From Lepidodermella squamata (Eukaryota; Animalia; Gastrotricha), in assembly GCA_047495785.1 (NCBI GenBank), contig JBLDXI010000054.1, positions 868,001 to 932,000 on the forward strand: a stretch of 64,000 bases of DNA, read 5' to 3'. The notes under the pieces were generated by a model, which made no database searches, was not told the origin of the DNA, and worked only from the letters and a program-made list of their open reading frames with translations. Shown here piece by piece: positions 24,294 to 34,047 of this stretch. How positions within the stretch are numbered: position 1 is the stretch's first letter; every line of letters starts with the position of its first letter. The translations under genes and the position numbers were made by a program.

Positions 24294-24386
24294 GGTTGAA
24301 TGGTCGAGTGGTTGTGATGCGTCATCAGAGCTTGCGAGTGATCTGATGAGCGACGGTTCGAATCCTCATAAAGTAGCATTTTTTTT
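24294..24386 (+). ncRNA. tRNA-like Pol III cassette (SINE-head-like) in the left MITE arm
   Basis: A box TGGTCGAGTGG (24301-24311), B box GGTTCGAATCC (24355-24365), hairpin TCATCAGA/TCTGATGA between them, T8 run 24379-24386. No acceptor stem, so not a functional tRNA. Confidence 0.55.
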
Positions 24387-24592
24387 GCTACGCATTTAAT
24401 TTTTTAATTTTTTCTGTTAATTTTCCATTTTAATTATTCTACTAACACCACGTATCCCAGGCATTTCTTTTGTTCGGGAGGCGTTTAAAAGTTGCTCAGC
24501 AGTAAAACTATCAGAAAAAACGGAGAAACTAATTAAAAATTATTAGTAAAATGGACAATTGAAACCAAAAAATTAAAAATTAAATGCGTAGC

Positions 24593-24683
24593 AAAAAAAA
24601 TGCTACTTTATGAGGATTCGAACCGTCGCTCATCAGATCACTCAAGTTCTGATGACGCATCACAACCACTCGACCATTCAACC
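24593..24683 (-). ncRNA. Mirror-image tRNA-like Pol III cassette in the right MITE arm
   Basis: On the minus strand: A box 24666-24676, B box 24614-24624, T8 run 24593-24600. Confidence 0.55.
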
Positions 24684-26732
24684 CTCACAATCATCAAATA
24701 TTAAAAACCCATTATAAGGATAAGGGTGGCCAATTAGCCCCAAAACACCTGTCCAATTTGCCCCAAACCTGGGGCAAAATGAGCTTCCTATAAAATCGGA
24801 ATCAGGACCCTCTGAAACGTGTAAAAATGCGAAAAAAACAGGGGGTCATTTTTTTCCCGCGGCCATTTTGCCCCAATTTACGGTAGTGGTCCCTTGAGCG
24901 GTATAGCCGACTCGAGATTTCTTCAAACGGTCTATGGTTTTGAAAATCTTCCAATAGTTCATCCCCAGGTAGCTTGCAGAACTTGAGAATAGGGTGAAGT
25001 AAAACAGGACGTTGAAAAAGGTGGTGTCAAAGTCTCCTATGAGGCTGTAGTCGAAATCCCCGCAGATCAGAACAGGTTCAGTTGAGTTTCGTTCCTCAAT
25101 TATAAGCAATTTAGCTGAAAACGTATGGTATGGCCACCACGAAAATACAGCACTGTAAAGCATACTCAAACAGAGCAGAAGGAAAGTTACACCCAGTATC
25201 TAAGAGGAAGACAAAGGATAAGGTAAGCTGGAAAAAATTAATGAAATTTCACCTTGAAGCTGTTTGGCTTATAGTTAATCTTGTTGGATGAGATGCAGAG
25301 ACGTCTTTCGTATGAAATCGAAGCTTCAATAAGCAAACCAAACCCACCCGAGCCCCAAACCAGCCAAAGGGACATCGAACAGGCCATAGGGGAAGCTTCC
25401 CACCAGCCTGTTCTTAGGGTGACTAATAGCCCATAGCTATACGAACATGCGAAGATAATATCGCGAATGTGAAGACAGCATGTGAGAATGAGGAAGTCGC
25501 GTTTCACCCGACGTTGAATATACACGATAACGTTAGCGATTGAGGCGATGATTGTGAGGCTAGTGATGATAACGCTTGCAGCAGCCCATCCTATTCGATC
25601 ATCGATGGTTTTTGAAGCGACGTCATGGTAAAAAGAAACAAAGTACGGCTTTGATCGGCCGTAGCCTCGATCAGGCAAATCGACATCGATCCAACCGCCA
25701 TTGAGCACTCGAGCTATCGGATAGCTTGAGTTTGTTGTATTGTTCATTATGTGTTGATAATAGTTCAAAAAGCAGATTCGCCGTAAACTGTAAAAGATGA
25801 CACGGTTAGTGATTGCAGCTACGGCGGAAACTTCTATCGTGTTTCAAACATCTGATATATGCGTGCCTCTAGCATCATCTCCCTTTTCTCCTACCCATCG
25901 AGCAGTATAAAATGGGGAATTGTCATGGGAACGAAATCTAAATTGGGAATCTTACAATCCCTCGATAGCAAATGCAAATGCAGTAATCCCTCGATTCTGT
26001 GCATTTTAAATCGATCTATTTCAAAAAGGGAAATACAAACTAATTTTTTCTAAGCAGATGATCGGTGCCACCTTCTTAATTTGTGAGGCCTCCAGTTTTT
26101 TCATCTTTTGGCAATCACCTTTCTGATATTTCCGAACGAGCCTGGGTGGTAGCGTCGAGTTCCAATGATTCAGGTTGCGATCTTGGATCTCGGAGCTGCG
26201 AGGGATGGACAACATATTTTTGCTGTATTTGGCAAAATGACCAGTCAAGATGACAAGAAAAACTAAGAAAGCAAACTTAGAATCTTTGAGTGAACAAGAG
26301 CTAATAATTATGAATCACTATGAATGCACTTTTTGCGAAGTGATGATTCATAATTTTTGCAAAAAGATCACTAAGATCTAAGACTCAATTCCCTTCAAGT
26401 CTCAAGTCAACATACTTTTTGCCGTTTTGTGGAAAACACAAAAAATTAGCTAAAGCTCTCCTTTTACTTGATAAAGGTCATAAATTTAATAGGACGTGAA
26501 CAAATTTGTTACTAAACTTTATTTCGAGAAATAAATGCTGCAACCGGGTTGGGAGAAATTTATACTTGGATAAATGATCATGTTCTTTGGTCTACTGAAT
26601 GCCGTTAAAGAAAGCAACGTTTCTGTTAGAGTTTAAAAGTTTAAATGATTCACAAGAAGGCTAACAAGAAGGAAGAATTAACGTATTTGTCAGTAAACGT
26701 TTGAGTAAATTGCGGCTGCCTGGATCAAGCGT

Positions 26733-27918
26733 TCACAATTTTTTCATCGGTGTTGAGGATGGAAAAATCTTTGTTGCGGCAGCATGACCCTTATTATTTT
26801 GCAAGAACTGATACAGCTTGAGCATCGCAAACGAAACAAAGCAATGGTCGAAATGCATGATAACATTCTCCATATTGCAGTGCCATCCGTCGAGAAAGCC
26901 CATGAAAGTGAACGCACAAGTTGCATGCATATTCAAATCCGGTTCTTCTGTCAAAAGCTCCACGGCAACCGAAGGAGCGTTGAAGCCCTTATTAACGTGG
27001 TGCATCAGACGATGCCAGCCGGCAAACAAGGTAGCCAATATACCAATGCGAGCTACTCGGAGTGACATCTTGCTAGCCTCCTGGCCTGTTGCAGCTTGCC
27101 AAATTTTCGGCAATAGCGGGCATAATGAAAATAAACCCAAGAGGAGCAGAGCTACAAGTGAATTAAATTAGGATTTCAGTAGTGGAAATTCGAAATTGAG
27201 AAATCTTACAGCATATTACCGTGCCAATGTAGGACTCGGTGATATATAGTAGTTCGAGGATACGATCTTCCACTCGGCCATCGGGTAGTTTTGTTACTAG
27301 CTGGTGAATACCATCTGAAAATTCACCACATGCCTCACAGCGGAACAATGCCAGCGAAAAAACGGCCAGTGTTCCCGATAGTATAACGACCAAACCACTG
27401 AAAATTCGACTTGATGAAACATGCAAGTAGCCATTCTCAGGCGTGGACGCTGCATATCGAATCATCGGCTCCCACACAATGGCTAGAGCAAGAATTTCTT
27501 GATATGACGTCGTAGCAGTTTTCACGAATTTGACAAGAAAAAAGAAGAAAATGCACAAAGTTTGGCCCGCCAGGCCTTTGTAGCGGACGATGTGCGACTC
27601 CTGTCGAAATAACTCAAGGCTCCTGTTGAAACTGAAAAAAATCATGACCCTCAAGAGCTTCCGTAGAACTCCGAAAAACTGATACGTGACTTGCCATCCA
27701 AGATGGCATTCGCTGAATTCTTCGTCCCATTGTGAAGATATTTTGCGAAGTTGAGCTGTGACACTGCGCGCTGCAACTATGCAAGTCATAGCTACAACAG
27801 CAGCTTCCGTTGGTTCGATCACCCCATGCAAAACAAGCCTATACGGCCAGTCATCGCACCCATCGGCGAAGCAGTAACAAGGACGCAGACTTATCGTGCT
27901 ATTAACTTCGATTTTCAT
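26733..27918 (-). CDS. Uncharacterised multi-pass membrane protein, weakly PQ-loop/KDEL-receptor-like
   Basis: A 58-bp intron 27152-27209 joins the two ORFs in frame. A probable in-frame intron ends at 27623 (GC donor at 27694 or GT donor at 27685). Several TM segments. Motifs KGLAGQTL and LCPLLPKIWQ…SKMSL only loosely resemble PQ-loop repeats. Confidence 0.5.
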
Positions 27919-28962
27919 TATAGATATTGCTGAAATGAATGAAATGTATACACTATTTTCTATTTTTTACTGTTAAACTTGTAGCGAAGCGATAAGGCAC
28001 GTGCGAACAAAACAATGTAACTGATTTTTTGTAATTAATTTCGCACGTAATCAAAATTTGATCAATTATCACTAATTCATAGAAAATCTTAATTCTTATC
28101 AGAGATTTTCGTGAGGTTTAACCGGATTCAAGAAACGAGGCGTGCTTTTGTGAAGGAAATGCTTGCCTTGTTTAACACTATCAATTTCCAAAGCGAAGTT
28201 ATGAGCCATTTTCGGCACGTTTCCATCCCGCTGTTATTCGGCCATTTCAATCTGATGGGGATGATCTCCACCACTTAACTGATACCACGGTGGCACCAAC
28301 GTTCATTCAAATATGGATTAGGAAATATGGACATCGCAACACGGGAACAGAAAATTAATATCATAAATCATAACGTTGGCTATTGCGGAATAGTCCACGT
28401 CCAACCAAAACCTTTTGAAATATCGAGTAACATATTTTTAATAAAAAGTAAAAATACCGAAAGAAATCCTGTTCGGCTATGATTGGAGGTCACAATATAT
28501 GCAAGGATATTTTTTCACTGATTGGCTTTATCGCGCAATAGGAAAAGGTGGTTGTGAATATCTTACAAATGTGAAAATCCACTCAAGTCCACATGCGCCT
28601 TTCCCACGCAGAAAACACCTCTTCTTTTCTCTGATCTCATAATTACACTCATAATTACCCTCAATACTCGTTTTCACTAGGAAAAGTGTATTGTAGGACA
28701 ATCGGAGCGCCATAACGACACAAGAATGTGTTAATTAGTCAATTATCTGGAACGGGCAGAACCCATTCATTCATCGATTTTGACCACAATTGCCGCTGCA
28801 TTGGCAAACATGAAACATGTATTTTTAATATACAGGAATCCGATTTCCTATGCATGTGATACGCTACGGGAGGCTGAAATGCCGAGTAACAATAATCATG
28901 CTTTGTTTGAGCAGCAATTTGCGTTGCCCCTGGCCCCGTTCTAGGAGACGCCATTCGAAATA

Positions 28963-30137
28963 ATGTATCTCTTGATCGTTCTTTTTCGCCTCGCAGTCGC
29001 TGATGACCTTGACATTATAGAACCGTTAAGCGTCGATCTACTCAGGAAATGCCCATTACTATCTAAACAGACCTATGCACCCAACTGCACAAACGCTGCT
29101 GCTTGCTCGCCGATGATGGTGCAACCAAACATGAAACTAGCAAGATTCCACGATATCAGCGACGTTGAAGAGTCGTTCAAACTGTCTGGCTTTCTCAATC
29201 TGCAATGGCAGATATCTTGCGAGGGAATATCAGTCAAGGATAACATAACCTTCTTCAGCTGGGAGAACATCATCTGGCAACCCCATGTCATTCATAAGAA
29301 CACAGTTGATGGCAATGGAATGGAGGGGTACGACAATTACTTATTTGTCCAGCAAATTCCCGGCACGAAAACGCTGCAGTTCGGGGCATTCTTTATCGGC
29401 GTATTCAACTCTATTTGCGATTTGGACCTGCAAATGTTCCCGTTTGATACCCAGGAATGCTTCATTGAGTTCGCGCTACTCGAAGACCCCTCAGCTGTGT
29501 TATTCGATCAAGCTGAACTGGCTGATATTTCTACGATTGATTACGTTGGAGATGACAGAGAATGGAAAATACTGAGAGGAAGTGCTGCTTTAGATCAGTG
29601 GCATAACTTAAGCGCAGTGGTCAGGTAATACTTAGCAATCAATCTGAATTATGCTCCTGAAAGTTTCTTTCACTCAGGTTCACTTTCGTGTTCAAACGAG
29701 ATCCTACGTACTACGTCAATAACCTGATGATCCCTACGTCTCTTCTATCAGGCCTGGGGGTTGCCGCGTTTTTCCTTGAACCAGATGAAGCTGATAGATC
29801 GATTTTTGTAGTCACGATCATGTTAGCCCTCATGGTTTCTGCCGATACTGTGCTGAGTTATGTTCCAGTCAAACCTATTCGAATGTTGTTATGCAATTTC
29901 ACCCACTTGCTATCCTTGCTATGCTGGATCATCACTATCTATGACATGGCGATTTGCCACTTCTTCAAATCGAAGACGCTGTTGAAAAGGGAAGTCAAAG
30001 TAGCCCCATCATCATCAACAAGTGGCAGCGCCACTATCACTATTGGGCGACTTCTAGACATCATTGTTGGAGTTACAGCTGCTCTGGCCTATATTGGCAT
30101 TAATTGCTACGGCATTATTGCAGCTACGAATAATTAA
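28963..30137 (+). CDS. Divergent Cys-loop ligand-gated ion channel subunit
   Basis: Signal peptide, IWQPHV, Cys-loop CDLDLQMFPFDTQEC. Intron 29625-29677 is followed by FKRDPTYYVNNLMIP (pre-M1/M1) and four TMs with a short M3-M4 loop. Confidence 0.88.
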
Positions 30138-30903
30138 ACCAGCGTGTACCAATGTTAAGATGCCATATTATTTATATATTTGTTCAAAGTATTCCGTGAA
30201 TGCAGTGAATGAAAATCCGAAGTAGTGCGAAGTAGGATCCGGGAGCTGAGGTGTTTTCTACTTGATTTCTATGACCCAGCCCAAGAAACCAAAGGGTAAC
30301 CCCTGTGGTTCTTTCAGCCTTCCTCTGAACCCCTACACCCTGCTTTGGATTAAACCTGGATCTTGTGGATTTCCGAGTAGAGACACGGGTGTTGCCAAGA
30401 GAAATCGGCTAAGAGAATGCACTGACGCTACTCAGTCTTCCGCGTCTTCTGTAGGACTGTTTGAAATTTTATTAAAAATCGAGCATTCATAGTGTGAAAA
30501 GTAGTGGGTAATGGCGAAAAAATTGAAATATAAAAATAAAGGAATTTGATCATCCATTCCAACAGTCGGATCTATTACGGTTGCCGAAATATCGGAAAGT
30601 CCATCGATAAACAAAATCGACACAAATAAAACAAACATTCATATTTGGGTTGTAACACAGCTAAAAATTCAAAAAGATGATTTTCTACAAAGCACTCATA
30701 ATTGTCACATGAAATTATGAAATCAGCGCGATAGGACTTCTGAAAAAATATCGAAATCTAGTGTTTTTTCTTCCTGGATGAGAAATTTTACTCTTCCATG
30801 GTGCAATATTACTCGTCACGGAATTATGATTCAGAATTATATACATTTAGTGAGCTAACAAGATGAGTAAAGTGGTAAAGTAGCCATGGTCCAGCGATTT
30901 CAG

Positions 30904-32463
30904 TCATGGGCGAATTATATTGAAATCGGCACAGAAGTCGTAGCATTTATTGTCGCGAATACACCCACATTTTCGTTCTTCGAAAATGGGTATAGTGGGA
31001 AAATTAAATCGAATCGAGAATCACTCACTGTATTGGCATCTGGGCGGTTTGTATGGAGGTACGCATGTGCACTGATCTGGCCCAGTGCATGTTCCGCCAT
31101 TCATGCATGGTTCGGCACATATTCCTACAATTCAAAAAGGTCTGCTGAAGGGCTCAAATTGATGAAAATCAAACCTAAGCATTGTTCGCCAGTGTAGCCA
31201 GGCATGCAGGTGCATTGGTAATTCAAGGGGTTAGCTAGGTTGCTAGTACAGGTGTTGGGCAGACAGTTAGGGGAGCATTTTACACCTGGGCACAAAACTG
31301 TCATTCAAGCTTCCAATGTGAAGCAAATTACTGTTGATGAATTCGCACTGATTGCTCAGCGTCACCAATTGACTGTTGTTGATAGCTTCCCTTTGGAAGG
31401 AGAAGCAGGCTGCATTTATTGTTCCGTAGTTGAGCGGAGCGACCACGCTGGGTATGATCGGAATAGAAAAATATGTTAATACATACTGAGGTATTATTGA
31501 AATGTAAGCTCATGTTTAATGGTAGCGTGTGAAATGAATTGGAGTGACAGGTAGAAACGGCCACGATTGGCCACGTTTCTGAGTAATCCAAATCGTTCTT
31601 CTATTGTGTTCGTCCCGACTAAATTTTCTAAGAATTTGAATAAAGTCGAACATTTATAAGGAGATAATCTATATTCCTTGTATTTCTACGAATACATGTC
31701 AATCTACGCAACCCGAGGCAAAACATTAAATGTTTAGGGAGCCTCATTCTGATTTAGAAATTGTAGGCTACAAAGATTTCGCTGTCTGAAGCGTTCAAAA
31801 AGCCCCATAACTAACTCAATAGGCCGAGAATGTCACTTACCGAGTTCCTATTTTTATTGAATTCAAAGCCGTAGCACTTCCGATGAAACCAGGGAAGTCA
31901 GACTTGCCACAGAATAGAATCGATGAATTCGTTGTTTTGTTGAATGATATCGCAACGAATTGCCACGTGGTTAGCGGGCAGGGAACTATCACCCCTGTTG
32001 AATTGCCCGATGCGTAGCAGGTAACATGAGTTGCGTTCACCTGCCAACAACCTGCTCCCACTGCCATCCCAGTAACTGCATACTCGAATAGTGGACAGTT
32101 ATAGTTTAGGCAAAACGATTTGAGCCAAATGCCAATTGTAAATGACGTGCTTCCACCGAATGCAGAACTTGAGAAATAGACATTGCTGTTATTGTCATTG
32201 CGATTCAGTGATTTGGCGCCAGTGTCATAAGTAAATGGGCCGTCGGTGTCGTATATAGACCCCAAGTAATTGGCTTGTATTAGCCCACTGAAATTAGACC
32301 CGCTGATATCGTTTTTACCCCAAAATCCATTCAAAGGCCAGTATCCGATAGTATTCGGAATATTCGCAGAAACGATGTTGTTTCTTAGTTGCTGGACAAT
32401 CGACTGCGCTAAGCACGTCTGATACAGATTCAATAAAGCGAAAATAATTACCGTCTTAATCAT
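30904..32463 (-). CDS. Secreted LamG/ConA-like + 2 EGF + short Cys-rich tail protein, copy A
   Basis: Signal peptide; IGYWPLNG, SFTIGIWLK, WQFVAISF (LamG-like). Spliced exons give CSPNCLPNTC…CTCMPGYTGEQC, CAEPCMNGGTCTGPDQCTC…RC and KCGCIRDNKCYDFC. Stop at 30904-30906. Confidence 0.85.
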
Positions 32464-32606
32464 TTTCAATGATTGAAATGGTAGTGATTGGAGTAAAATG
32501 CGCCATTTTTAGTTCGCTTTTTTCCAGGCATTTATGTCAGAGCCTCAATTTACCTAGACGTAGTTGATCGATATTCACAACAAAAGATATTTATCAACAA
32601 AAACGT

Positions 32607-32630
32607 GTCGCTAGCAGTTGCCATAACAGG
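32607..32630. promoter_or_regulatory. Conserved upstream block with RFX/X-box-like half-sites
   Basis: GT(T/C)GCTA(GC/TT)AGTTGCCATAACAGG lies about 120-165 bp upstream of all three LamG-EGF copies (also 50407-50430 and 56674-56697). Confidence 0.35.
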
Positions 32631-32855
32631 AGAAAATATATGTCTACTAAGAACCTGAAACCATACCGAGCCTCCCCGAATCGATGCCCGAATCATTTCA
32701 AACCAAATGATAATATCGCTAATTATTCATTGTCCGTTAAAACTGGCATGCCTGGAGGATTAGGCTTTCACTCACTATTGATCCTTTCATCTCGGCACAA
32801 AACTGGTTCAGTGTTACGACGAGAGACAATAAAGTGTGTCTTGAGCTGCTCCATT

Positions 32856-33226
32856 GGGTCCCCTACAGAGCAGCAGGCTTAAAAGCAGGGCAAACGCACT
32901 AAACAGTCCTCCCAGCAGGCGCTCAGGCTTAGCCTCTGATTTTCAACTAATGGACTAACATAATGGCCAGCCATTCCAGCCACACCAAAAATTGAGGAGC
33001 ATAAGTCATGAAAATTCCGTAATGTAGCTCAGACCTCAATTTGGTCGAAAAAGCCAATTTTCGAGAATTTTCCAAAATTCATAAGCCGGGCCCTTACAGT
33101 TACGATGAGCCCATATTCAGAAAATTACGCCGATTTTATCGTAATTAATTCGATTTACTGTTGCGTGGCGTTTGCACCGCTTTTGAGTTTATCCTGCTTT
33201 GAAGCTTGCTGCTCTGTGGGGGACCC
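32856..33226. mobile_element. 371-bp MITE with GG termini and 8-bp TSD (Merlin-like)
   Basis: TSD GCTCCATT at 32848-32855 and 33227-33234; about 40-bp imperfect TIRs GGGTCCCC(T/C)ACAGAGCAGCA…; not present at the corresponding position of the duplicate (about 57030). Confidence 0.85.
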
Positions 33227-34047
33227 GCTCCATTGCTTGGGAAGCTAAATTGCTATGATTCTTCCACAGGTTTTTTTCGAATTCTTCGAAGATTGAGGCA
33301 GCTTCAAATCTATGCAACATGTCGTACACGTGCTAAAAGTTACTGTCTGATTTTTTATTAATTGTCTATACTCTCCTCTCACTCCTGTCTCACTCATGGT
33401 TGGAAAATTTAAAAAAAGATCTGAAGCCAGTTTTGAACCTGTTTTGAACAGACCATGCGAGTCCCGCGCATACGATAACACCGCGATAATGTACTCTTTA
33501 TTATATTGCTCTCGACCCAGCGCACAGTAATATAGATGTCCCCAGAATCATGTCATTGCCGTTGCCGCGGAAAATACGTGAGAACGCAGGCGAAAAGGCT
33601 TTAAGCTAATTAATAAGAGAACCTTTTTCGCACTTCGCGGCGCTTTACGTCTTTTCTTCCTCGTCGCAAACATATTCAAGGATTGCACTTTAAATGGTCT
33701 ACATGTGGGGCCGGTTGATGTTGTTGATGCGGAGTATACGTGGGTTACGTGGGCGAATGATTTCAAGCTAATTACAGTAAAGGTAAGCTATCGTTCTGAA
33801 AGAGCGATCGCATCCTTCAAAACGACGGTATCGAAACCGTTCCCCACCGCTCGAGCTAATTGGTGACGTGCTTTCCGACACCTGGAAAAACGATAGGTGA
33901 CTAGTTGAGTTTGAAGTTTGACGGGTCGAGAATATGTTAATGGAATCCAGCGAAAATTAGCACAACAACCCTTGCGATCATACAACTCGGTGAATTAGTC
34001 TTATCACTTCATCAGTTCGCAATATTTTCGTGAAATTTAAAAGGGCT

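Larger units (their letters stand above)
23840..24883. mobile_element. 1044-bp Tc1/mariner-pogo-type non-autonomous element (TA TSD) with a long internal palindrome
   Basis: TA|CCGTCATTTGGGGCAAAATG … CATTTTGCCCCAATTTACGG|TA, with repeated GGGGC(A/T)AA motifs. Internal arms about 24236-24413 and 24567-24741. Confidence 0.9.
23476..25747 (-). pseudogene. PDRGYGR-family GPCR paralog 3, disrupted by a MITE in exon 2
   Basis: Intron 25200-25252. Removing 23840-24883 plus one TA restores the in-frame reading …AQGTTTSLYSTARSAAGLAEWQRKEIY…; the insertion brings a stop at 24846. Confidence 0.85.

Noticed and set aside
24294-24386. Functional tRNA gene
   Set aside because: A and B boxes are present, but there is no acceptor-stem pairing or canonical anticodon arm; kept only as a Pol III/SINE-like cassette.
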